Origin: Candidatus Parvarchaeum sp.
GTDB lineage: Archaea > Nanobdellota > Nanobdellia > Pacearchaeales > GW2011-AR1
Length of the DNA: 59,856 nt
NCBI GenBank assembly: GCA_020724955.1
Contig: DYFY01000006.1
Span: forward strand, 1-59,856
Direction: 5' to 3'
Position 1 is the stretch's first letter, and each line of letters begins with the position of its first letter. Under the pieces are notes generated by a model. The model had not been told where the DNA came from. It saw nothing but the letters and a program-made list of their open reading frames with translations, and ran no database searches. The translations under genes and the position numbers were made by a program. Shown in pieces: positions 44,030 through 54,739 of the stretch.

Positions 44030-44066
44030 AGTAAAGGTTTATATTCTAAAGGAGAGTTTTATAAAA

Positions 44067-44792
44067 ATGGATTTGCCAATGGAAATGCAGCATCAGGCTA
44101 TGGGTTATGACCGAGTTGCAACGATGTTTTCTCCTGACGGGCATTTGCTGCAGGTTGAGTATGCCGAGAAGACTGTGAGGCTTGGGAGCAGCAGTGTTGG
44201 ACTTGCATGCAAAGACGGAGTTGTTCTGGTCGCTGATAAAAGAATAAGAGACAAGTTGATTGCGATGGAGTCTGCTACTAAAGTGTTTGAAGTCGACGAC
44301 CATATAATGGCAACTGCTGCCGGAATGCTGTCTGATGCAAGAATAATTATAGATAACGCTCAGCTTTTTGCACAGCAAAACAGAGTGACTTACGATAGTC
44401 CGGTTGATCCTGTTGCAGTGATAAGAATGATAGCTGACAGAAAGCAGATGGCCACTCAATACGGCGGACTGAGGCCTTATGGAATAGCAGTCATGCTTGC
44501 AGGAACCGCTAAGGGGAAAGCGCATCTTTACACCTCGGATGTCACGGGCAATTATTTTGCATATAAAGCCAATGCCATTGGCGAGAACGACGAGCAAATC
44601 AAAGAAATACTTAGGACTGACTTCAAGGAAAACATGTCCTGTGAAGATGGAATAAAATTTGCTCTTCAGGTTTTTAAGAAAGTTCTGGGAAAAAACTTTG
44701 AGATTGACAGGTTTGAGGCAGGAATGATAAAAACTTCTGAAAATAAGCTGAAGAGATTTCAGGGGCAGGAACTCAGCAGGTTTGTGAAGTAA
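44067..44792 (+). CDS. psmA: proteasome subunit alpha
   Basis: YDRVATMFSPDGHLLQVEYA. The antisense 183-aa ORF is a shadow. Confidence 0.95.
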   Translation: MDLPMEMQHQAMGYDRVATMFSPDGHLLQVEYAEKTVRLGSSSVGLACKDGVVLVADKRIRDKLIAMESATKVFEVDDHIMATAAGMLSDARIIIDNAQLFAQQNRVTYDSPVDPVAVIRMIADRKQMATQYGGLRPYGIAVMLAGTAKGKAHLYTSDVTGNYFAYKANAIGENDEQIKEILRTDFKENMSCEDGIKFALQVFKKVLGKNFEIDRFEAGMIKTSENKLKRFQGQELSRFVK

Positions 44793-44846
44793 GTTTTGAT
44801 TGTAGGCAAAAGATTTAATATTTCTCTTTAAATCCTACTGATTGTT

Positions 44847-45344
44847 ATGTGTCAGATGATTTACGCGAAAAGATGTTTGGGACAAGATGGGAAGATTATT
44901 AACATTTACAAGTTCAGAACAATGCATCCCGGAGCGCACGAACGACTTGAGGAAGTTGCCGTTAATGGATTTGATTCTCTTGGGAAAGTAAAAAATGATC
45001 CAAGAATCACTCCTATTGGAAAATTCTTGAGAAAATACTGGATCGATGAACTTCCCCAGATATACAACTTGGCGAGAGGAGATATCAAACTTGTTGGAAT
45101 TAGACCGATGAGTGAATCTGACTGGATGAAGTATCCTCCCGTGATAATGGAGAGATCCTTAAGACAGAAACCTGGGCTAATTGGATTTAATTATGCTTTT
45201 GAGCCGAGTGATGATTTTGAAAATAAATTTGAGCATATCAAAATTTATCTTGATCAATGGGAAAGAGACCCTGTCGCGACAGACCAGGAATTTTTGCTTC
45301 GTGTAATAGAAAACATTGTTTTCAGAGGAGTCAGAAGCAGCTAG
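44847..45344 (+). CDS. bacterial-type sugar phosphotransferase catalytic domain (WbaP/EpsL-like), lacking the N-terminal TM helix
   Basis: IYKFRTM, DPRITPIGKFLRKYWIDELPQIYNLARGDIKLVGIRP. Confidence 0.7.
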   Translation: MCQMIYAKRCLGQDGKIINIYKFRTMHPGAHERLEEVAVNGFDSLGKVKNDPRITPIGKFLRKYWIDELPQIYNLARGDIKLVGIRPMSESDWMKYPPVIMERSLRQKPGLIGFNYAFEPSDDFENKFEHIKIYLDQWERDPVATDQEFLLRVIENIVFRGVRSS

Positions 45345-45380
45345 CAATATCTTTATAAAAGTCCGCTGATTTTATTTAAT

Positions 45381-46052
45381 ATGCCGATTGTTGAAGCGCG
45401 ATTAAAAGTGAAAGGAAAAAGCTATGAAATTTCCGTGGATTTTGATGAAGCCATGAAGGTCCGCACCGGAAAGGGGGATGTTGCGCGAGCAATGAACTCA
45501 ACTGCTGTTTATCATGATGTAAAAAAGGGAGAGAGCGTCAGAAATGCGGATTTGCAGGACGCTTTCGGCACAACTGATATTTATGCAATTGCAGCGAAGA
45601 TAATGAAAGAAGGCGAAATACAGAAGCCGCAGGAATATAGAGATGCGCAAAGAGAAGCGAGAATAAAACAGGTTGTTGATCTCATTGTCAGAAATGCGGT
45701 TGACCAGCACGGGAAGCCATATACTGAAGAAAGAATCAGAAGAGCTATTGATGAAATTCATTATAGTTTTGATAACAGGCCAGCGGAGCAGCAGATGCCT
45801 GATGTTGTTGAAAAAATGAAGCGCATTATACCTATAAGAATAGACACTAAGAAGGTAAAGCTGACAATTCCTGCGAGCTATACAGGACAGATTTACGGAA
45901 TTTTGCAGGATTACAAAGAAAGCGAAGAATGGAAGGACAACGGAGATTTAGTTGTTGTTGTTAATCTTCCAGCAGGAATGCAACTGGACTTTTATGACAA
46001 ACTAAACAATATAACTCACGGAACTGTGCAGAGCGAGGAAATCACAGATTAA
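45381..46052 (+). CDS. sbds: SBDS/Sdo1 ribosome maturation protein
   Basis: N-terminal FYSH-like VEARLKVKGKSYEISVD and a superoperon position after psmA. Confidence 0.85.
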   Translation: MPIVEARLKVKGKSYEISVDFDEAMKVRTGKGDVARAMNSTAVYHDVKKGESVRNADLQDAFGTTDIYAIAAKIMKEGEIQKPQEYRDAQREARIKQVVDLIVRNAVDQHGKPYTEERIRRAIDEIHYSFDNRPAEQQMPDVVEKMKRIIPIRIDTKKVKLTIPASYTGQIYGILQDYKESEEWKDNGDLVVVVNLPAGMQLDFYDKLNNITHGTVQSEEITD

Positions 46053-46440
46053 ACTTTTCGTCTAGTTTTTTTGAAACTTCGAGAAGACGATTGAATATTC
46101 TTTCAGAATCTTTTTTTATCTCCTCTATTGCCGCGGATAATGAGCCCCCTCTTAAAGCTATTTTTCTTTTCTCCCTGAACAATATTCCTGACTCCATCAT
46201 GGTTCTTATGTGATGGTTGACTCTTGGAGGTTCAATCTTGAGAGAGCTTGCAATCTCCTCAGTCGGAACAAGTTTCTCTTCTGAAAATAAGTCGAGCAGC
46301 TCATACATTATTTTGAAAGATATGTCCTCAATGTCTCTTCCGCTCATGAGCCCGAGGCTGTCGCAAATCCATCTGACCTCTTCCCTCGGACGGCTTATTT
46401 TCGGCTTGTCAATCGTCTGGATTATTATCTTCTGTTTCAT
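46042..46440 (-). CDS. winged-helix transcriptional regulator, divergent from hsp20
   Basis: VPTEEIASSLKIEPPRVNHHIRTMMESGILF is an ArsR/Phr-like HTH. Confidence 0.6.
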   Translation of the reverse strand: MKQKIIIQTIDKPKISRPREEVRWICDSLGLMSGRDIEDISFKIMYELLDLFSEEKLVPTEEIASSLKIEPPRVNHHIRTMMESGILFREKRKIALRGGSLSAAIEEIKKDSERIFNRLLEVSKKLDEKFNL

Positions 46441-46689
46441 CTAATTTTTATAGTAAGAGATATATTTAAATATTGTTCTTGGTGTATTTGATTGTTTTTC
46501 AGTAAAAATGATGTTTACTGAAACGAAAAGTTTAAATATAAGTTAGTATTAGGAAAATCATGGTTGATGAAAAGCCTGTGTTTGGCGGGAGATTACACTG
46601 GAAGAACTTCCATGACTCCTTCGCTGATACGGCTGAGGAACAGCATGGGAGTTCCGTTGTTTCATCAACTGAAAGGAGGTAAAAAGAAA

Positions 46690-47148
46690 ATGGTCTGGCA
46701 AGACAATATATGGAAGGAGCTTAACAGAATGCAAAGGCAAATGGACAGAATATTCGGTGGATTTTTGACAGATGGAAAAGACTACAGGAATGAAATGATA
46801 GATGAGCTTTCTACCGGATATAGAAGGGCGTTTGCCAATTTCAAAGAAACTGATAAGGAATTCATTATACAAGTTGAAATTCCCGGAGTTGACAAAGAAG
46901 ATGTGAAACTAAATGTCACGGAAAACGGGGTTGAAATAAGGGCAGAGAAAAAGAAAGAAAAAGAGGAAGGAAACGAAGGCAGAAGTTACAGATATACAAA
47001 AAACTATTCAGGATTTTATCAGGCGTTTGATGTTCCAGAAAATGCCGACCTTGAAAACATTGATGCGTCTTATAAGAACGGCGTTTTGACAATTAAACTG
47101 CCAAAAAAAACAAAGGTTGAACAGAAGAGAAGCATACAAATTAAATAA
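46690..47148 (+). CDS. hsp20: small heat-shock protein (Hsp20/alpha-crystallin)
   Basis: FIIQVEIPGVDKEDVKLNVTENGVEIRAEKK..ASYKNGVLTIKLPK. The start was moved to the ATG at 46690, preceded by GGAGGT. Confidence 0.88.
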   Translation: MVWQDNIWKELNRMQRQMDRIFGGFLTDGKDYRNEMIDELSTGYRRAFANFKETDKEFIIQVEIPGVDKEDVKLNVTENGVEIRAEKKKEKEEGNEGRSYRYTKNYSGFYQAFDVPENADLENIDASYKNGVLTIKLPKKTKVEQKRSIQIK

Positions 47149-47313
47149 AGATATTAAAGAAGACAGGAGGTGGAGAAAAATGGCAGAAGGAAGAACAGAG
47201 GAAAAACTTGGAGGAAAAAAATCCAGGGGAGCCTGTGTTAAGCCTTTGGCCGTTTGGCCTGCGATGACTGCGAGGGCTCCCTTTCACCCTCCGTGTCTGC
47301 TCGGGAGAATAAA

Positions 47314-49183
<1,870 letters not shown>

Positions 49184-49185
49184 AG

Positions 49186-49575
49186 ATGGGATTCTTTGAC
49201 GATGAAGACCCGTTTGACAGCATAGTAAGAGAATTTTTTGGAGGCGAGCCACTGCATAGAAGAAAAAGAAGGGAGCAGTTTATCAGGGGAGAGGATGAAG
49301 AAAGAAAAATAGATTTTGTAGAGGACGAGGATTATGTTTATTTTATATTTGAGCTTCCTGGTTTCAGTGAAAAAGATGTTTCTGTAATTGTAAATGGGAG
49401 AGAGCTTGAAATTTCTGCGGAAAAGGTGAACGGAGAAGGAATACAGGATTATCTTCATCAGAAACTTAGACAAGGGCTAGTTATTAGGCGAGAACTTCCA
49501 AACTTTGTAAGCAACAAAGGGTTTTCACACACAATCAAAAATGGAGTTTTAGAAATAGTGTTCAACAAAAAATAA
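49186..49575 (+). CDS. Hsp20-like small heat-shock protein, divergent
   Basis: YVYFIFELPGFSEKDVSVIVNGRELEISAEK..HTIKNGVLEIVF. Confidence 0.75.
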   Translation: MGFFDDEDPFDSIVREFFGGEPLHRRKRREQFIRGEDEERKIDFVEDEDYVYFIFELPGFSEKDVSVIVNGRELEISAEKVNGEGIQDYLHQKLRQGLVIRRELPNFVSNKGFSHTIKNGVLEIVFNKK

Positions 49576-49700
49576 ACTCCTCTTTCAACTTACGAGGCAT
49601 CAATAAAAAATGACGCTGCAAATCAACTTAAGCTTGAGAAACACCGGAATGGCAAGCGATAGCTTTGCCAGTTGCTTTTCCGGCGTTTATAACAAAATGA

Positions 49701-51857
49701 ATGAAGCTAAATTTTGGAGAGGCAGTTAAAATGAAAGAAGAAAAAAGCAAACAGGTTGAACTTGAACTGATAGAGGCTCTTCAAGAAGATGTTGACAAGG
49801 GAATTGCCAGAATTTCATCAAAGATAATGAATGAGCTTGGGCTTGTTTCGGGAGACATAGTTGAAATCAAGGGGAGAGAGACCAGCATCGCCAAGGCGAT
49901 GCGTTCTGTGAAAACAGATCTTGAAAGAGAAATAATAAGGCTTGACGGAACAACAAGGTCCAACATAGGTGCTTCCATAGGGGACAAAATACAAGTGAGG
50001 AAAGCAAAAATTCAGGAAGCTAAAAAGGTGACTTTATCTCCTCTTCAAGAGGTAAGATTTAGTGATGATCCTACGGAATACTTTCATACAAAACTAATGC
50101 ATAAGCCACTTGCCTTGAATCAGAAGACGGTGATTGATGTTTTCGGAACAAGGCTTGGATATGTTGTTTCTAAGATTGAACCAAAGGGCCATGTTATTGT
50201 AACTCCTGCAACAAAAATAATTGTTTCTGACGCTCCCTATTCCGGAGATTTGAAAGCGACTGGAGTAAGTTATGAAGACATTGGCGGATTGAAGAGCGAG
50301 GTTGAACTTATTAGGGAGATGGTTGAGCTTCCGATGAAACACCCGGAGGTTTTTCAGAAACTTGGGGTTGGAGCTCCAAAAGGAGTTTTGCTTACAGGGC
50401 CTCCAGGAACAGGAAAAACTCTGCTTGCAAAGGCTGTTGCGAACGAAACAGACTCGTCATTTTTCTCAATTGCCGGTCCTGAAATAATGAGTAAATATTA
50501 CGGAGAAAGCGAAAAGCACATAAGAGACATATTTGAAAAGGCTGAAAAAAACGCCCCTTCGATCATCTTTATTGACGAGATAGATTCAATTGCCCCGAAA
50601 AGAGGCGAGGGGACGGACCAGACAGAAAAAAGAATTGTCGCCCAGCTTTTGACTTTGATGGATGGACTAAAAACGAGGGGACAGGTTGTAATAATGGCTG
50701 CCACTAATCGGCCTGATGATATTGATGAAGCGTTGAGAAGGCCTGGAAGGTTTGACAGAGAAATAAAAATAAATCCTCCTGATGAGGAAGGAAGAAAAGA
50801 AATTCTCAGAATTCACACAAGAGGAATGCCTTTGGACAAGGATGTTAATTTTGAAGAAATAGCTTACAAGACAATCGGGTTTACAGGAGCAGATATAGAA
50901 GTTCTGTGCAAAGAGGCTGCGCTAAAATCAATAAAGCCTTATTTTGCCCAGCTTAAAAAAATTCAGGAAAAGGTCCCGACAAATATACTTGATAAAATAA
51001 AGGTAAACAGGAAGCACTTTATTGATTCGCTGAAAATGGTGGAGCCTTCCGCCATGAGAGAGGTGCTTATACAAAAGCCTCATACGACATGGGATGATGT
51101 CGGCGGTCTGGAGGATGCGAAAGAAAAACTGAGAGAGATGGTTGAGCTTCCGCTCCTGAGACCTGACCTCTATGAAAAAGCAGGGATAAAGCCGTCAAAG
51201 GGGATTCTTCTTTCTGGTCCGAGCGGAACAGGAAAAACTCTGCTTGCAAAGGCTGTTGCAAATGAGGCAAATGCAAATTTCATTTCTGTCAAGGGGCCTG
51301 AACTGATTTCAAAATGGGTCGGAGAGAGTGAGAAGCATGTGAGAGATATATTCAAAAAAGCCAGACAGGTTGCTCCGTCGATAATTTTCTTTGATGAGTT
51401 TGATTCAATTTCAAAAATGAGAGGTGTATCAATGAGCGATGCGACAGAAAGAGTTGTCAATCAGCTGTTGACTGAATTGGATGGAGTTGAAGAGCTGGAA
51501 AAAGTTGTTGTGATAGCAGCCACCAACAGAAAAGACTTAATAGATTCTGCTTTGCTCAGGCCTGGAAGAATTGATTCTGTGATTGAACTTGGAATACCTG
51601 ACAAAAAAACAAGGGAAAAGATATTTGAAGTTCACACCAAAAAAATGCCTTTGGATAAAAAAGTCGACATCAAAAAATACATAGGAAAAACAGATAATTG
51701 GACTGGGGCTGATATAGAAGCCCTGTGCAGAAATGCTGGGATAAATGCCATAAAAAGACATTACAAGGGCGGGAAAAAAAGCGAATTTAAGGTTGAAGAA
51801 AGCGATTTTGACAGCGCTCTTGAAGAGATGGAAAAATCAAAGGGAAAAAAAGCCTGA
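49701..51857 (+). CDS. cdc48: CDC48/VCP-like AAA+ ATPase (two AAA domains)
   Basis: N-domain [25 protein letters not shown]. Walker A GPPGTGKT and GPSGTGKT. An alternative start at 49731 follows GGAGAGG. Confidence 0.93.
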   Translation: MKLNFGEAVKMKEEKSKQVELELIEALQEDVDKGIARISSKIMNELGLVSGDIVEIKGRETSIAKAMRSVKTDLEREIIRLDGTTRSNIGASIGDKIQVRKAKIQEAKKVTLSPLQEVRFSDDPTEYFHTKLMHKPLALNQKTVIDVFGTRLGYVVSKIEPKGHVIVTPATKIIVSDAPYSGDLKATGVSYEDIGGLKSEVELIREMVELPMKHPEVFQKLGVGAPKGVLLTGPPGTGKTLLAKAVANETDSSFFSIAGPEIMSKYYGESEKHIRDIFEKAEKNAPSIIFIDEIDSIAPKRGEGTDQTEKRIVAQLLTLMDGLKTRGQVVIMAATNRPDDIDEALRRPGRFDREIKINPPDEEGRKEILRIHTRGMPLDKDVNFEEIAYKTIGFTGADIEVLCKEAALKSIKPYFAQLKKIQEKVPTNILDKIKVNRKHFIDSLKMVEPSAMREVLIQKPHTTWDDVGGLEDAKEKLREMVELPLLRPDLYEKAGIKPSKGILLSGPSGTGKTLLAKAVANEANANFISVKGPELISKWVGESEKHVRDIFKKARQVAPSIIFFDEFDSISKMRGVSMSDATERVVNQLLTELDGVEELEKVVVIAATNRKDLIDSALLRPGRIDSVIELGIPDKKTREKIFEVHTKKMPLDKKVDIKKYIGKTDNWTGADIEALCRNAGINAIKRHYKGGKKSEFKVEESDFDSALEEMEKSKGKKA

Positions 51858-51926
51858 CAAAGATAAAAAATCAGATGAGAGGTAAGTATTTTTCACGCTC
51901 CCTCGGAAAAATGGAGGATATAATCT

Positions 51927-52328
51927 TCAGTAACTCTCTGTCTTCAGCCCAGAGATTTTCTCAAAGTGTTTTTTGTTTTTAGTTATCAGAGTCTCGCTGT
52001 TTATCAGGCAAATAGCTCCAATAAGAATATCTGTAAAGTCTATTAGTTCCCCGGCATTATTAAGCTCTGCCTCTATTTTTCCAGCAAGCATTGCTTCTTC
52101 TTTTCCAAAGTCTAATGTGTTAAATAAAGATAAAATTGACTCTATTTTCTCTTTTTCTCCAGAACGTATGTTTTTTAAATTGGACTTTAAATGCAAACCC
52201 CTAGACAACTCAACTATTACTGGAGAAGGAATAAACACGTTTTCATTATTAAATCTACTTTTTAAGTTTTCTAATTTAACTCTCCTATTAATTACATCAA
52301 TCAAAAAAGTTGTATCCAAACAAACCAT
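51927..52328 (-). CDS. vapC: PIN-domain toxin VapC
   Basis: MVCLDTTFLIDVI.., DILIGAICLINSETLITKNKKHF. Confidence 0.85.
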   Translation of the reverse strand: MVCLDTTFLIDVINRRVKLENLKSRFNNENVFIPSPVIVELSRGLHLKSNLKNIRSGEKEKIESILSLFNTLDFGKEEAMLAGKIEAELNNAGELIDFTDILIGAICLINSETLITKNKKHFEKISGLKTESY

Positions 52329-52585
52329 TAATTACTCCATTGTTTCCCTAGTCTTTTTAGCCTTTCTTTATGCAGAATTTCTTGTTTTTTTCTGCTTTCA
52401 ATTACGCTTTTTCTAAATTCATCTCCGGCTTTTCCTTTAAGAATTCCTTGTAGCTTAAGCAAATTCTCAAAATCATTTTTCTTTGTGATTTTATTAATTA
52501 CATCTGAAAAACTTTCTTTTTCTCTCTTAAGCTCTGCTAGTCTTTTGTAGGCTTCGATTGTTATGGATATATTTTTGGTAGCCAT
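52328..52585 (-). CDS. vapB: VapB-type antitoxin (PF02697-like)
   Basis: MATKNISITIEAYKRLAELKREKESFSDVINKI. The ATG at 52585 is preferred to the GTG at 52591. Confidence 0.75.
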   Translation of the reverse strand: MATKNISITIEAYKRLAELKREKESFSDVINKITKKNDFENLLKLQGILKGKAGDEFRKSVIESRKKQEILHKERLKRLGKQWSN

Positions 52586-52605
52586 ACCCACACATATGTG
52601 TGGGT
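52586..52605. promoter_or_regulatory. perfect 20-bp palindrome ACCCACACATATGTGTGGGT abutting the vapB start codon (candidate operator)
   Basis: Read directly. Lies in the 94-bp divergent region between vapBC and the Doc gene. Confidence 0.55.
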
Positions 52606-52679
52606 GTTTATATATCTTTCCGTTTGTAGAGAAATTGGAGAGTAGAAAGATTTATATATATTACTATTTATGATAATAT

Positions 52680-53279
52680 ATGATTAAAAATGATAATATA
52701 AATTTCTGTTTTAGATGTTATCATACATGGGTCAAGAGAAAAAAAAATTCTCCAAAATTTTGTCCTAAGTGTAAGAGCCCCTATTGGAATAAACCAAGAA
52801 GAAAAGTCTCTAAGCAATTCGTATTAAAAATGAAAGAAATGATAGTTAGCATTCATGATGCAATTATAAAGTTGAGTGGGGGGGAGCTTGGATTGAGGGA
52901 CGAAGGTGGAGTGTATAACTCTACATATAAACTACTAAAACACCAAGATAAAAATCGGGAAAAACCTATAAGTATAGGAGCTTTCGCGCTAAATGAATTC
53001 GCCAAAAGACACTATTTTGTTGACGGGAATAAAAGGACTGCTTATGTTGTAGCAAAAATCTTCATGCTAATAAACAAATGTCATTTGAAACTAGAATACT
53101 CCGAGGCTGTAAAATTTATACTAGAAATTGCCAAATATGAGAGCAAGCTTAGTTTCGATGATATAAGAGACTGGCTGAATAACAGCTGTATACTTATAGG
53201 AGAAAAAGATGTGGAAAGCTATTTAAAGAACGTCCTAGTGAACTTAGTTGTAGGAGATGAAGAAGATGAAGAAGATTAA
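52680..53279 (+). CDS. doc: Doc/Fic-family toxin fused to an N-terminal zinc ribbon
   Basis: CFRCYHTW..CPKCKSPYWNKPRR, then the Doc motif HYFVDGNKRTAY. Acidic tail DEEDEED. Confidence 0.8.
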   Translation: MIKNDNINFCFRCYHTWVKRKKNSPKFCPKCKSPYWNKPRRKVSKQFVLKMKEMIVSIHDAIIKLSGGELGLRDEGGVYNSTYKLLKHQDKNREKPISIGAFALNEFAKRHYFVDGNKRTAYVVAKIFMLINKCHLKLEYSEAVKFILEIAKYESKLSFDDIRDWLNNSCILIGEKDVESYLKNVLVNLVVGDEEDEED

Positions 53280-53406
53280 ATTGACTAAAAAAGTAATGTA
53301 CGAAATTTCTAAGAACGATAGGAAACTGCTGAGACTTGTAAAAGTAGCCAAAGAAATCGTGCTGAAAGAGGATGAGGTTCTTCTTAAAGAACTGGCTAAA
53401 CACTAG
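53257..53406 (+). CDS. small ORF (46-49 aa) overlapping the Doc stop; candidate cognate antitoxin or regulator
   Basis: Manual translation gives MKKMKKIKLTKKVMYEISKNDRKLLRLVKVAKEIVLKEDEVLLKELAKH. GGAG lies 9 nt before the internal ATG at 53266. Confidence 0.3.
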   Translation: MKKMKKIKLTKKVMYEISKNDRKLLRLVKVAKEIVLKEDEVLLKELAKH

Positions 53407-53665
53407 TTTTCCTCCTGTAAAGTAAACTTTCTAATTTAACATAGTATACAAAAGAGATTTTCCAATTATTTCTCAGATTCTATATTAAAATTAAGATAAT
53501 ATTCTTTATGAGGACTTTGCTTTATGCAAATTATACAGGGGAGGTTAAGTTATAAACTGGACTTAACACCTCCGAAATCTTTAAAAAGCCATGGCTTCTA
53601 GGAAAAACAGGTAGAAACATTTGAGGGCTTATTATGATTATCCCTGGATGTTGATTATGATTATA

Positions 53666-54415
53666 ATGGAAAACGAGATTAATGCGGTGCAGGAAGAAAA
53701 TGGAGATTCTGAATTTATCAATTCCGACGCTGGAGCTGAAATTGAGGCAGAAGTTAAGGCTGAAAGAAAAGTTGTGATTCCTGGGGAAGTGATTATTTCT
53801 GGAGATGACTTTCTGCCTGGAGAAGGGGTGAGAAGAGAGGGAGAAGATTTAATTGCGAGCAGATATGGTCTGGCCGAGCAGGTCGGAAGGGTTGTTAAGA
53901 TAATTCCGATTACTGGAGCTTTTGTTCCAAGAAGAGGAAATGTTGTTTTGGGGAGAATAATAGATGTTCTGCACAACGGTTGGCTCGTGGACATTGATAC
54001 TGCGGGAAGCGCTTTTCTTCCTGTGGCTGAGGTTCCAAGATATATAAATCAGCATGAAATGGGGCAATATCTTGCTGTGGGGGATGTTATTGCCGCTAAA
54101 ATCTGGTCAATAAAGGGGCGCGGTATTGACCTTGCTATGAAAGGACGAGGGCTTGGCAAGATTGAAGGAGGGTTTATGTTTAGAGTTAATCCAAGCAGAG
54201 TGCCGAGGATAATTGGAAGAGAGGGGAGCATGATCAGTCTAATCAAAGAAGAAACCGGATGCAACATCACAGTTGGTCAAAACGGGTGGATTTGGCTTAA
54301 AGGCAGTTCGACAGACAATGAAATTAAAGCCAGAAGAGCAATTGAAGTTGTCGCGGGGAAAGTGCATCTAGGCGGACTAACAGAGCAGATGGAGGCCTGG
54401 TTCAAGGAAAACTGA
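53666..54415 (+). CDS. rrp4: exosome complex RNA-binding protein Rrp4 (S1 plus KH)
   Basis: VIPGEVI.., VVLGRIIDVLHNGWLVDI (S1), KH-like RIIGREGSMISLIKEETGCNI. The start is uncertain (in-frame ATGs at 53648, 53657 and 53666). Confidence 0.88.
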   Translation: MENEINAVQEENGDSEFINSDAGAEIEAEVKAERKVVIPGEVIISGDDFLPGEGVRREGEDLIASRYGLAEQVGRVVKIIPITGAFVPRRGNVVLGRIIDVLHNGWLVDIDTAGSAFLPVAEVPRYINQHEMGQYLAVGDVIAAKIWSIKGRGIDLAMKGRGLGKIEGGFMFRVNPSRVPRIIGREGSMISLIKEETGCNITVGQNGWIWLKGSSTDNEIKARRAIEVVAGKVHLGGLTEQMEAWFKEN

Positions 54416-54417
54416 CT

Positions 54418-54738
54418 ATGATAGAACTAAGAAAAAAACAAGTTTATAAAGTAGTTTCTTGGAAAGAACGTCAAGAAGGTTGTAACCAACCCGCAGTTTA
54501 TTTAGGACCAAAAATAAATGCGACAGAAGAGCATTTGTTTGCCTATAGAAGTAGAAGTGGACAAGCTCAAATGTTTTTTTTGATTGACAAGGATATAATT
54601 CGCGTTGACCAAGATAGTCAAATAATTGTTAGACAGATTGGAGGGTACAGCGTGCCTCCAGACAAAAGGGGTAAAGAGTATTTAGAAAGAATGCTCGATT
54701 GCGCTGCTAATAAGACAAATATAGACGGAAGAGGATAA
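54418..54738 (+). CDS. hypothetical 106-aa protein wedged between rrp4 and rrp41
   Basis: Starts 3 nt after the rrp4 stop and ends 2 nt before the rrp41 ATG. No recognised motif. Confidence 0.6.
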   Translation: MIELRKKQVYKVVSWKERQEGCNQPAVYLGPKINATEEHLFAYRSRSGQAQMFFLIDKDIIRVDQDSQIIVRQIGGYSVPPDKRGKEYLERMLDCAANKTNIDGRG

Positions 54739-54739
54739 T

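Noticed and set aside
44046-44597. 183-aa minus-strand ORF
   Set aside because: It is antisense to the clearly conserved proteasome alpha gene and has a Cys/His/Ser-rich composition. It is a shadow ORF.
46565-46626. Possible C/D box sRNA (UGAUGA at 46565, CUGA at 46623)
   Set aside because: There are no proper D' and C' boxes at the 12-nt guide spacing and no terminal stem. The spacing between the candidate C' and D boxes is only ~5 nt.
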